Shown in pieces: positions 1 to 8,710 of a stretch of 31,893 nt of DNA (its first letter is position 1; every line of letters starts with the position of its first letter). Location: IMG/VR virus record IMGVR_UViG_3300017751_000109, positions 1-31,893 of that record. The stretch is one strand, 5' to 3'. Under the pieces are notes generated by a model. It did not search any database and was not told where the DNA came from. It saw nothing but the letters and a program-made list of their open reading frames with translations. This DNA comes from a virus. Lineage: Duplodnaviria; Caudoviricetes. The position numbers and the translations under genes are program-made.

Positions 1-1
1 A

Positions 2-274
2 CTTCCTTCATCACACCCACTCTCATCTAAAAAGGGTAATGATGAAATGAAAGCAAGTTTTGTTCGTATAGGTCAATCTGTAAGCTGGTCAATCAATAAG
101 GACCCCGACCCACCTTCAACAGTACATGGTGTTGTAACAAGTGTAAATGGAAAAGACAAAGAAGCCACTATGTTAGTTTGGGCTATTAACGAAGATGGTA
201 GTCATAAAAAGACTGATAGAAAAGTTACTATGCCTATCTCTAAGTTGACTGTTATTAAAGATATCACTAAGTAA
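2..274 (+). CDS. C-terminal end of a head-associated protein (partial, runs off the left edge), ending in a small SH3/Tudor-like beta domain
   Basis: The frame of the listed ORF 47..274 is open from base 2 (LPSSHPLSSKKGNDE-MKASF...). 'LPxxHPLSSK' resembles the end of a motif I recall from portal/head-morphogenesis-adjacent proteins of aquatic phages. It lies directly before the prohead protease. Confidence 0.6.
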   Translation, partial: LPSSHPLSSKKGNDEMKASFVRIGQSVSWSINKDPDPPSTVHGVVTSVNGKDKEATMLVWAINEDGSHKKTDRKVTMPISKLTVIKDITK

Positions 275-306
275 ATACCACACACTTTATAACCATTTGT
301 TATTAT
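274..306 (+). promoter_or_regulatory. Putative late promoter: AATACCA-N20-TATTAT with extended -10 TG
   Basis: AATACCA 274-280, TG 298-299, TATTAT 301-306. The same spacing recurs at four other sites. Confidence 0.5.
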
Positions 307-319
307 TTCTATATATGCA

Positions 320-353
320 CCTAAATAAATCTGTTAACAGTTTATATAGGAGA
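320..353 (+). promoter_or_regulatory. 5'-UTR hairpin overlapping the Shine-Dalgarno (AGGAGA 348-353) of the protease gene
   Basis: CCTAaATAAAtCTG-TTAA-CAGTTTATaTAGG imperfect inverted repeat 320-350, with the perfect palindrome CTGTTAACAG at 331-340. Confidence 0.45.
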
Positions 354-360
354 TACACTC

Positions 361-1569
361 GTGAGTGAAATTAAGAATATCGACTTAGAATTTAAAGCGG
401 ACGGTGAAGGTAAAGTTTCTGCTGTATTCTCAGTTTTCAATACATTAGATAGTGATGGAGATGTAGTAATCCCAGAAGCTATCAAATCAGGATTTAAATC
501 AGGTTCAGTGCCAATGGTATGGGCTCATAAATGGGATATGCCAATCGGAAAAGGTGCAATCAAACAAGATGGCGATAAAGCTACTTTTGAAGGTGAATTT
601 TTCATGGACACAGAATCTGGTAAAGAAGCATACAATTTAGTTAAAGCTATGGGAGACCTGCAACAATGGTCTTTTGGTTATAGAGTTAACGATTCAGAAA
701 GAGGTAAATTCAAGAGCGGTGATAAGGATGTTGACGCAAGATACTTAAAAGACCTATCAGTCTACGAAGTATCTCCTGTTCTAGTAGGTGCTAATCAAGA
801 CACATACACAATGGCTATTAAATCTAATAAAGAACTATTAGAGGAAATGGCTTCTGAAAAGGGTGTTCTTGGTAATTCTACATTTTTAGAAAATGAAGAG
901 CCTGAAGAAGAGCAAACCGAAGAAGAAAAATCAACTTGCTGTGGTGGAGATAACTGTGCCCCAGCAGTAGCAGAATCATCAGACGAAAAAAGTTATGGTA
1001 ATTGTGACTATGACAAAACAGGCAAATGTGCCAAAGATATGAAAAAGTCTGATGATATAGAGAATTCAGAGGAAGTTTCTAAAACTTTCTCAGATGAGGT
1101 CAAAGACGTGCTTGCTGCGTTACATGACTTGATGACACGAACTAACGCCATTGCGATGTTACGTGCCAAAGACGGAAGGAAATTAGGAGTCAAAGCCACT
1201 GAAGCATTAAGGGCTGTTCAAGAAGACTTGTCAGATGCATGGACAGAAATTGACCAATTCATCGAACAAGTTGGAACCGAAGGTGCTTTAGAACAAGACT
1301 TAGAGGACGAACAAGCTGAAGATATTGAAGATGTTGTAGAAGAACCAACAGATTTAGTAGACACTGAAGAAGTAGCTGTTGAAGCTGAACCAGAAGATGA
1401 GGTAGAGAAACCTGCTGAAGAATCTGATGAAGCTGAAGTTACTGAAGAAGTTCCAGTAGATAACACAGAATCAGTCGAAAATGATGAGCTTGACGACGAA
1501 GTGTGGATAGAGAGCCAAAGATTAATAGCAGACGCTATTGATGTAGAAGCTCAAAACGACGAAGTATAA
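361..1569 (+). CDS. HK97-family prohead (maturation) protease with long acidic C-terminal extension
   Basis: GTG start with SD AGGAGA. Motifs SVFNTLDSDGDVV, MVWAHKWDMPIG (catalytic His), QQWSFGY (catalytic Ser), EVSPVLVGAN. Immediately upstream of the capsid gene. Confidence 0.93.
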   Translation: MSEIKNIDLEFKADGEGKVSAVFSVFNTLDSDGDVVIPEAIKSGFKSGSVPMVWAHKWDMPIGKGAIKQDGDKATFEGEFFMDTESGKEAYNLVKAMGDLQQWSFGYRVNDSERGKFKSGDKDVDARYLKDLSVYEVSPVLVGANQDTYTMAIKSNKELLEEMASEKGVLGNSTFLENEEPEEEQTEEEKSTCCGGDNCAPAVAESSDEKSYGNCDYDKTGKCAKDMKKSDDIENSEEVSKTFSDEVKDVLAALHDLMTRTNAIAMLRAKDGRKLGVKATEALRAVQEDLSDAWTEIDQFIEQVGTEGALEQDLEDEQAEDIEDVVEEPTDLVDTEEVAVEAEPEDEVEKPAEESDEAEVTEEVPVDNTESVENDELDDEVWIESQRLIADAIDVEAQNDEV

Positions 1570-1594
1570 GTATATCTAATAGGAGATAATTACA

Positions 1595-2842
1595 GTGAGT
1601 AAAGTAGAAGAGCTTAGAGGAAATATCGCTAAGTCACGTGAAGAACTTAAATCTGTATTTGATGCTCCAGCTGAAGAAGGCAAGTACTCTCATGACCAAA
1701 AAGAGAAAATTAAAGGTCTAAATGATGAGCTTGCTGGTTCATTAGACGAGCTAAAGATTGAAGAATCTAAAGCTGCTAATGAAAAAGCTATGGAAGTTAG
1801 CAACGAAGTTGTTAATGAACTTCCTGTAGCCGAAGAAGCTCCAGCTGGTATCAAGTCAATAGGTGAGCAATTCACAAACACTGACGCTTATAATAAATAT
1901 ATGAGCAATGGTGTTAAAGGCGTAGATTCTCAAGCAGAATTTAAAACAACATTAAATACCACAGGTTATCCACCAGAGTCATTAAGAGCACCTGGAATAT
2001 TAGAGACCGCTTTAAGAGACCCAAATGCAATAATTGGATTGTTTGACCAAATCAATACAGACCAAAATGCATATGTATATCTTGAAGAGACAACATTCAC
2101 AAACAATGCAGCTGAAATTGCAGAAGCAGGAGACATCTCCTCTGCAGGCGAAGGTGCATTGGCATTTACAGAAAGAACAGAAAGCATTCGTAAGATTGCT
2201 ACTTTCTTGCCTGTAACTGATGAATTGTTGGCTGACGTTTCTGGTATCCAAGGATATGTTAATTCACGTCTCACCACAATGATGAGATTAAGAATGGACA
2301 ACCAATTACTAAACGGTAATGGTTCAGCTCCAAACTTGACTGGTGTATTATCAAAATCTGGTATTAACACATTTGACTATTCTTCATTCAGTGGAGAATT
2401 GAACAGACTTGGACAAGTGTATCAAGCAATTACTGAAATCAGAAAAGACTCTTTCGTAGAGCCTGATGCAGTTGTTATGCACCCAAGTGACTGGTATCAA
2501 ATCGTTACAGCAGTAACAGACCAAGCAGGAACCTCCTCAGCAGGTTATGCAAGCAAAAACCCATTAATAGTCGCCGCTGGTGGCTTTGGTGGAGACGTTG
2601 CTGCAAGACTCTGGGGTCTTAAAGTAGTTCCAAGCACAGCAATCGCAGAAGGTACCGCATTAGTCGGTAAATTCGGTGGTGGCGATGCTGCTCAAATTGT
2701 CATGAAGCAAGGTGTAGACCTAGCTGTATCTGACAGCCATAGTGACTTCTTTGCGAAGAATCAACTAGCTATCAGATTAACCATGAGAATGGGCTTTGTG
2801 GTCTATAAACCAACAGCTTTCTGTTCTATAACAAACTTCTAA
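1595..2842 (+). CDS. Major capsid protein, HK97 fold, with N-terminal coiled-coil delta domain
   Basis: GTG start with SD AGGAGA at 1581. Motifs RKIATFLPVTDELLAD, LLNGNGSAPNLTG, VVMHPSDW, LWGLKVV, FAKNQLAIR...PTAF. Confidence 0.96.
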   Translation: MSKVEELRGNIAKSREELKSVFDAPAEEGKYSHDQKEKIKGLNDELAGSLDELKIEESKAANEKAMEVSNEVVNELPVAEEAPAGIKSIGEQFTNTDAYNKYMSNGVKGVDSQAEFKTTLNTTGYPPESLRAPGILETALRDPNAIIGLFDQINTDQNAYVYLEETTFTNNAAEIAEAGDISSAGEGALAFTERTESIRKIATFLPVTDELLADVSGIQGYVNSRLTTMMRLRMDNQLLNGNGSAPNLTGVLSKSGINTFDYSSFSGELNRLGQVYQAITEIRKDSFVEPDAVVMHPSDWYQIVTAVTDQAGTSSAGYASKNPLIVAAGGFGGDVAARLWGLKVVPSTAIAEGTALVGKFGGGDAAQIVMKQGVDLAVSDSHSDFFAKNQLAIRLTMRMGFVVYKPTAFCSITNF

Positions 2843-2869
2843 GTTTGATTTAGACGATAGTTTAATGAT

Positions 2870-2893
2870 AAGGGCTTCTTCGGAAGCCCTTTT
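2870..2893 (+). terminator. Rho-independent terminator after the capsid gene
   Basis: AAGGGCTTC-TTCG-GAAGCCCTT stem with a cUUCGg tetraloop, followed by a short T run. Confidence 0.85.
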
Positions 2894-2895
2894 CT

Positions 2896-2928
2896 AATAC
2901 CAACAATTTTTATTTTATAAGTTAGGAT
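2896..2928 (+). promoter_or_regulatory. Putative late promoter AATACCA-N20-TAGGAT
   Basis: Directly after the terminator. Upstream heptamer and spacing are identical to the site at 274-306. Confidence 0.5.
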
Positions 2929-2936
2929 TAATCATT

Positions 2937-3230
2937 ATGTATACAATTCCAGAAAAGAACATTTATAAGCTACCTGATGGAAAGTTATGGGAAGGTGACG
3001 CAGTTGATGTGCCATATTCTCAAGCAGACCTAATTGCTAAAGCTGGTAAAGAATACCCTACTGATTGGCTCAAAGAGCAAGGTTGGGGTAAAAAAGCTAA
3101 AGCTGAGAAGAAAGCTCCAGCTAAAAAAGCTGAGAAAAAAGCTCCAGCTAAAAAGGCTCCAGCCGAAAAAGCAGTTAAAAAATCAGACGTAGAAGATAAA
3201 GCAGTTAAAAAAGACGTCGAAGACAAGTAG
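2937..3230 (+). CDS. Small Lys/Ala-rich protein (histone-H1-like AKKAP repeats), probably virion/head-associated
   Basis: KAEKKAPAK x2 and KAVKK(S)DVED x2; located just after the capsid gene. Confidence 0.7.
   Translation: MYTIPEKNIYKLPDGKLWEGDAVDVPYSQADLIAKAGKEYPTDWLKEQGWGKKAKAEKKAPAKKAEKKAPAKKAPAEKAVKKSDVEDKAVKKDVEDK
3099..3152 (+). repeat. 27-bp coding tandem repeat x2 (KAEKKAPAK)
   Basis: AAAGCTGAGAAGAAAGCTCCAGCTAAA followed by AAAGCTGAGAAAAAAGCTCCAGCTAAA. Confidence 0.85.
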
Positions 3231-3239
3231 GAGGTCTAA

Positions 3240-3896
3240 ATGGCTTTCTCAACGGCAGCTGACGTAGAGTCTTATACCCAAATAGACTTTGACTCAAGCA
3301 TAGAGACTCATTTAACTAACAATCTTATACCTTTCGTTGATGCCGCTATAAATCAATATGTCGGTTATAACCTTTCATACGGTACTAAGACTGAGACATT
3401 TACTGGCGACCAAACACACGAAATATTTTTAAGACATCTACCTATACATTCTATTACATCTGTAGTGGAAGATGATACAACATTAACAGAAGGTAATTCT
3501 TCTGATTTTGTTTTTTATGATAGTGGTAGATTAAGAAGATTAGGTAAAAGATGGTCTTATGCTAAAGAACAGAACATTGTAGTAACTTATGTATCTGGGT
3601 ACACAGCATTTAATGGTGGAGTATCAACTGATTTACCAATACAAATAAAAATGGTTTCTGCAAGAGCTGCTGCAAGAATACTAGAAAACACTTTATCAGT
3701 ATCATCACAACAAGAACCTGGAGAAATATCCGCACAAGGTTCTTCGACTGCTGGTAACTTTAATTTAGCAATGTCAGAAAGAATAGGTGATTATTCAGCT
3801 GATTACGGAGTAGGTGTTGATGCACTATCGACAGCACCATTAACTCAATCAGATATGAATCTATTGTCACCCTATAGAAAGTCCTACTTTGTGTAA
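3240..3896 (+). CDS. Head-tail adaptor/connector (HK97 gp6 / SPP1 gp15-like)
   Basis: SD GGAGGT. N-terminal 'FSTAADV', 'LRHLPIHSITSV', 'NIVVTYVSGY', 'LPIQIK', 'SERIGDYS', C-terminal 'LLSPYR'; synteny. Confidence 0.85.
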   Translation: MAFSTAADVESYTQIDFDSSIETHLTNNLIPFVDAAINQYVGYNLSYGTKTETFTGDQTHEIFLRHLPIHSITSVVEDDTTLTEGNSSDFVFYDSGRLRRLGKRWSYAKEQNIVVTYVSGYTAFNGGVSTDLPIQIKMVSARAAARILENTLSVSSQQEPGEISAQGSSTAGNFNLAMSERIGDYSADYGVGVDALSTAPLTQSDMNLLSPYRKSYFV

Positions 3897-4525
3897 TGCC
3901 TAATAAGCAGACCCCATCAATAGAAGAGGCAAAAGAATTATTTAAAGCTAACCCTCATTACAAGTTAAAAGACTTTGCTAATGATTGGGGTGTCTCTATA
4001 GAACGTGTAAGGCAAATTAAAAAAGAAGCAGGTATAGTTCCAATGTCAGAAATAGATTTAAGTATTGTCGAAATAATTTTAGAGAGAATAAGAAACGGTG
4101 AAGCAACTTTGACTAATCGTGAGCTATATAAAGGATTACCAGTAGGTTACGACAGATTTAGAACATGGATGATGAAAGATTCTAGTATTAAAGAACAATG
4201 TGATTTAGCTAGAGAGGAATACTTATCTACTGATAAAGTAGAAAAGAAATGCTACAAATGTGAGATTATAAAACCCATAGATACATTTAATAGAAGTCAA
4301 AAGTATCAAGATGGATTCAATAGATATTGTATGATTTGTCAGGAACAGATTATAGAAGAAAAAGATGATGTTAAAAGAAAGACTTGTTTTATGTGCAAGC
4401 AATCTCTATCAGTAAAATCTTTTAACAAAAATAGAACTATGAAAGACGGATATTCTTTATTTTGTAAGAATTGTCAAAGAAAAGAACGTAGGTCTAAGAG
4501 AAGACTAAATAACTTAACTTCCTAA
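3896..4525 (+). CDS. Putative DNA-binding protein: sigma70-region-4-like HTH, second (TerS-like) HTH, two CxxC...CxxC zinc ribbons
   Basis: KLKDFANDWGVSIERVRQI; ILERIRNGE...FRTWMMKD...EQCDLARE; KKCYKC...DGFNRYCMIC and KTCFMC...DGYSLFCKNC. Confidence 0.7.
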   Translation: MPNKQTPSIEEAKELFKANPHYKLKDFANDWGVSIERVRQIKKEAGIVPMSEIDLSIVEIILERIRNGEATLTNRELYKGLPVGYDRFRTWMMKDSSIKEQCDLAREEYLSTDKVEKKCYKCEIIKPIDTFNRSQKYQDGFNRYCMICQEQIIEEKDDVKRKTCFMCKQSLSVKSFNKNRTMKDGYSLFCKNCQRKERRSKRRLNNLTS

Positions 4526-4546
4526 TCTAACTGCTAGATTTATAGT
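4508..4546 (+). promoter_or_regulatory. Putative leaderless promoter AATAACT-N20-TAGATT (extended -10 TG), 6 nt before ATG 4547
   Basis: TGCTAGATT 4532-4540, then TATAGT, then ATG; no SD upstream. Confidence 0.5.
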
Positions 4547-4894
4547 ATGGCAGGCTCATATCCCGAACGTTTATTAATACACAGAATTTCTATTCAAAGA
4601 ACTGTTGGTGCTAATTATGACACTCGTGGTTTAGATTCAGATGTATGGACTAATGTAGCTACTAATGTACCTACTCGTATGGTCTTTGGTAATGAAACAG
4701 AAAGTAGAGATGGTAGAAATACTGTCGTGCAAAACTGGTCAGCATACTTTACTGGTACAGTAGATTTAAAGTCATCTGATAGAATTTATTGGGATGATGA
4801 AGACCAATATTTTGAAATTAGTAGTGTAAGGAAAAGTCACAATCGAGTAGGCAGATTATTCTCAGTAACAGCTGAACTTATTTATTTCGAATAA
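4547..4894 (+). CDS. Head closure / head-tail joining protein (SPP1 gp16-like)
   Basis: 115 aa, beta-rich; LIHRISIQR, WTNVATNVP, DLKSSDRI...YFEISSV; synteny after the adaptor. Confidence 0.85.
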   Translation: MAGSYPERLLIHRISIQRTVGANYDTRGLDSDVWTNVATNVPTRMVFGNETESRDGRNTVVQNWSAYFTGTVDLKSSDRIYWDDEDQYFEISSVRKSHNRVGRLFSVTAELIYFE

Positions 4895-7800
4895 TGCCTA
4901 ATATATCAACCAAAAGTGTTGCTGGTCAGTTTGGTGAAGAAACTAAGGTAATAACAAAAAAGACCTACGTATCTGAAGGTCGTAAAGATGTCCTCTTATC
5001 GAGAAAACAAGAAGCCACAGCTTTCAGTGTTCTAAGATATTATAACTGGTCAAAGTCATTTGGAATGAAAACTCAGTTTCTTAGTAACATGTCCAATGCA
5101 TCATATGGTATATTACAAACTTTAAATACAGTTTCTGCTTTCGCAACTTCTGATAGTTTAGTTCGTTCTATTGCTGCTCGTTATGGTTGGGTTGTAGCTG
5201 GTAGAGCTTTTGGTAGAGTGCAAGGTAAAGTTTTACCACAGGGTGGAGGACCTTTTGGTAGGTTTGCACGTGTTAAAGGTGGTCAGTTTTCAAGAAAAGT
5301 ATTAGGTAATTTTATGAATTACTTTACTACAACGACTATGGAATTTGAAAATGTAGCTGGTACTCAAAGAAAAATAATGAAGCAATTGCAAACTGCTGGA
5401 AGTATAGGACCAACTTGGGCTGGTATGGCACTAGCTGAAGCTATAACTGGAGCACCTGACCCTTATGCTACACAGGCTAGAAAAGTTATGAAAGGTGGTA
5501 GGGAAAGAACAATGAAAAGAGATGCGGGTTTTGCCTCAGATGCAGAAGCAGGTAAGACAGATTCGTATTTAAGTAAAAGAGCAGACATATTACAAAATAT
5601 GGGTTCTGCTGGTATGAGTGCTCCTGAAATGACATATTTAATAAAAGCAATGGAACAAGGTGGCGACCCTGACGACATAATGAAAAAATATAATGCCCTT
5701 AGTTCAGACATAATGAATACTTTGAATAAACACTCAAAACTAGGAGCTGGTGGAACTACAGGTCACAAAGGACAACGTGCAAGGTTTATTCAGCAAGACA
5801 TGACTGACAGTATGGGTAGACCTGTCATGGAAACAGCTTCCAATATTACTGGATATGATGATTCAGGTACTCTTGGATTTGGAAGTCATTATCTACAAAA
5901 TCAGTTTAATGATGGTACTGGTGGAGGTCCTAGTTTTTATCCTAAAGCAAATAAAGAAGAATCTGTAATCAGAGGTGGTAAAGCTTCTGTAATTGAATAT
6001 TCCACTACAGATGATACATTTGGTAGTTATACACAATTTAACGAAGATGCCACTCAAGTACAACAACAAAGAGTAAATGAGATACTTTCTGAAGCGTTAG
6101 GTGTAGATTTATACAAAGGACCTCAACAAATATTTGAAAGTTTTTTTGGTGGCTCTAGTACTCAAATGGGTCCTAGTGAAATGAAGTATGGTAAAGATTC
6201 TAAGAAAACAAGTTACCAAAAAATTATTGACCCAAAAACTGGTAAGTATGCAGGAAGTAAAGAAGTTGTTACTGGTGGTACTATAAAAGATAAGACTGGA
6301 GAATACAGTCAAGTAAGCAATCAGTTAGACCATACTAATTATAGACTTGTTCGTTCTTCTAGTAATCCCAAAGAGCATAACTATATTGCTTCACGACCTG
6401 ATATTATTAAAGGTTTAAGAATGATAGATGCTAAAAATCTTCACAAGAAAAATCCAAAAGGTGGATTCTTAGCTTACGGTATAGAGCTTTATCAACATAA
6501 AGGTCTTAGAGATGTTGAACAAATAGAATATGGTGGTCCAGCTACTGACTTGTCAAGAAGTTTAAGAAACAGAACAGATAGATATGTATATGCTAGAAGT
6601 ATGTTTGTTCATCAAGCAGCACAAAAAGCTGCTAACAAATTAGGTTTAGATGCAGACTTAAAATTTTCAAACCGTAAAGCAGACGTTATGGGAACTCTGA
6701 GGCAACGTCAGACTAAAGCTATTGCTCAATATCAAAAAGATAAAAATCAGCATACTTCTACGAAAGGTGGATTTACATTATTAGTAGATAAGAGAGTAAG
6801 GGAAATACTTAAAGAAGATTTAAAACGAGCCAGAAGTCCAAGGGTTGTAGACGGTAATAAGCTTAAATTTAATGATATGAAAGTATCCGATAATTTAATT
6901 CAAGCTGGAGAATACAATAGCCTCAGAAAAGGTGCTAACACTGTTTACTTCACTGATGATGCAGGAAATAGATTATCACATACTCTAAGTCCTAAAGATT
7001 ATCCACCAGAATTTTTAAATGAATTTGATAAGTTAAGAGAAGATTTAAAAAAGAATTTCACAAGTGTATCTGGAGATATGCCTTTATCTGATGAATATTA
7101 CTTATCAGGTGCTTTTGCTAGGTCTGATGCTCGAAGAAGACAAGCAGGTATTTTAAGTGATGACTTAGGTAGAAACGAATTTGGAAACAGAAGACAGCTT
7201 ACACCTACTCAATTAAGAAGACAAAACTTTAGAGTTAGGGGTGGTGTTTATACTGAAGATGACATTTTGAGCCAAGCACTTGCTGAAACAGCAGAAGAAT
7301 TATTTCCAGAATATTTGTCAGAACTTTCTGTTATACAAAAAGGAATTGAAGACAAGATAAAGATTAAAGTTGAACAAGGTCAAGCTGCAATCAAAAAACA
7401 AAAACTTAAAGGTGAAGCAAAACGTAGGGCATATAACGACTTAGAATTTGAAGCAGACCAAATGTACGAGAAGGGATATCAAGATGCTGTTACACAAGCA
7501 AATGCTAAAGTTCTCGGTAATTTAAATGCTACTCATCCTGTAGTAAGAGAAAAACTAGATGATATAAACAAGCAGATTGAAGGTGTTATTAGAGGTTCTG
7601 GTAACAGGAATCTAAATCAATTCAAAATGGCACCTATCATGATTCAATCTAAATATACCCAATACCACAATGCATTAATGAAAGGTGATGGAGCAGTAGC
7701 TAAAGACATACTTAATGAGTTGACCGACGATGGAAAAATTAAATTAAAAGCAGTTGAAAATCATTTAGGATACAGAATGGAAATGATTGGTAACCAGGCA

Positions 7801-8673
7801 AATGGTAATCCTATTTATAGAAGAGTTCCATTATCAGAGAGTAATAATTATCAAACTGAGGTAGAAGTTTTTAAGGGAACCCCTTATAGAGAAGCAACTG
7901 CGATTGTTAACGGTAAAGAAGTAAAATACAAGATTAGAGTAGATGAAGACGACCCAGGTGTCAAAAATTATAGAGATTTAGAAAGAAACCAAAAAAAAGG
8001 TAACGCTGGTTTAAATGATATAGGTGGTGTTGGTTCAAACATAAACAAAAGCAAATCAAATAAATTTGGCGACCCAACAGGACAACAAGCTTTAAAGGAA
8101 TTAAAAAAAGGTGATTATAGATTGTTTGGTGGTATTGGTAATGCAACTGACATATCTTCTGAGAAACTTCTTGAAGGAGTAGATAGTATGTTAGACAGTC
8201 CTCAATCTAAAGACCTCATGCGTGCTTATAAGGATGTACGAAGTCATGTTATAGTAAACGGCTCAGGAACAATAATAGGAGGTTTATATGGTGGTGAAGG
8301 TCAATTTGAATCTATTGCAGGTGGTCAGACTGGAAAAGCAACTCCTAAGTTTAAAAAAGCTTTAACAAGAATTAGTTCACTTAGTTATAGTGATGAGGAA
8401 ATGTTTACCCTTCTACACCTATTCCTAGCAGTAGAGGAGAATCAAGAAGTTAAAAAGGAACTAATTGCCGTATTTGACCCAACAACTGATTATGGGAAAC
8501 TAGCTACAGGTCAAAGTGCTAGAAGAAAAGGACATGCATTAGGTGAGAGATTTGGTGGTGGGTCTAGGGTTTTAGATTCATTTATGATAGAACAAATGAA
8601 AGCAGTGCTAAGAACTAATTCAAACAAAAGTAAGATAGATTTATTTTCTCTTGTAAGAGTTAGATTAAGGTAA
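4894..8673 (+). CDS. Giant (1259 aa) hypothetical protein in the neck / HK97 gp10 position
   Basis: Long clean ORF coupled by TAATG to the head closure gene and followed by the tail terminator. Weak gp10-like segments (EAITGAPD; QIEYGG...RSMFVHQAA). The ORF is secure; the product is uncertain. Confidence 0.6.
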   Translation: MPNISTKSVAGQFGEETKVITKKTYVSEGRKDVLLSRKQEATAFSVLRYYNWSKSFGMKTQFLSNMSNASYGILQTLNTVSAFATSDSLVRSIAARYGWVVAGRAFGRVQGKVLPQGGGPFGRFARVKGGQFSRKVLGNFMNYFTTTTMEFENVAGTQRKIMKQLQTAGSIGPTWAGMALAEAITGAPDPYATQARKVMKGGRERTMKRDAGFASDAEAGKTDSYLSKRADILQNMGSAGMSAPEMTYLIKAMEQGGDPDDIMKKYNALSSDIMNTLNKHSKLGAGGTTGHKGQRARFIQQDMTDSMGRPVMETASNITGYDDSGTLGFGSHYLQNQFNDGTGGGPSFYPKANKEESVIRGGKASVIEYSTTDDTFGSYTQFNEDATQVQQQRVNEILSEALGVDLYKGPQQIFESFFGGSSTQMGPSEMKYGKDSKKTSYQKIIDPKTGKYAGSKEVVTGGTIKDKTGEYSQVSNQLDHTNYRLVRSSSNPKEHNYIASRPDIIKGLRMIDAKNLHKKNPKGGFLAYGIELYQHKGLRDVEQIEYGGPATDLSRSLRNRTDRYVYARSMFVHQAAQKAANKLGLDADLKFSNRKADVMGTLRQRQTKAIAQYQKDKNQHTSTKGGFTLLVDKRVREILKEDLKRARSPRVVDGNKLKFNDMKVSDNLIQAGEYNSLRKGANTVYFTDDAGNRLSHTLSPKDYPPEFLNEFDKLREDLKKNFTSVSGDMPLSDEYYLSGAFARSDARRRQAGILSDDLGRNEFGNRRQLTPTQLRRQNFRVRGGVYTEDDILSQALAETAEELFPEYLSELSVIQKGIEDKIKIKVEQGQAAIKKQKLKGEAKRRAYNDLEFEADQMYEKGYQDAVTQANAKVLGNLNATHPVVREKLDDINKQIEGVIRGSGNRNLNQFKMAPIMIQSKYTQYHNALMKGDGAVAKDILNELTDDGKIKLKAVENHLGYRMEMIGNQANGNPIYRRVPLSESNNYQTEVEVFKGTPYREATAIVNGKEVKYKIRVDEDDPGVKNYRDLERNQKKGNAGLNDIGGVGSNINKSKSNKFGDPTGQQALKELKKGDYRLFGGIGNATDISSEKLLEGVDSMLDSPQSKDLMRAYKDVRSHVIVNGSGTIIGGLYGGEGQFESIAGGQTGKATPKFKKALTRISSLSYSDEEMFTLLHLFLAVEENQEVKKELIAVFDPTTDYGKLATGQSARRKGHALGERFGGGSRVLDSFMIEQMKAVLRTNSNKSKIDLFSLVRVRLR

Positions 8674-8710
8674 TAACCTAAACTTTCTTTAAATAAGTTA
8701 GTATGAAAAT
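8672..8710 (+). promoter_or_regulatory. Putative leaderless promoter AATAACC-N20-TAGTAT, 6 nt before ATG 8711
   Basis: AATAACC 8672-8678, TAGTAT 8699-8704, GAAAAT, ATG; no SD. Confidence 0.5.

Noticed and set aside
47-274. 75-aa ORF as an independent gene starting at ATG 47
   Set aside because: The frame is open to the window edge with plausible protein sequence, so it is more likely the tail of a longer gene. A separate start cannot be fully excluded.
3896-4525. HNH / endonuclease VII homing endonuclease
   Set aside because: Zinc ribbons are present but there is no DH...H/N catalytic motif; the protein ends right after the second ribbon.
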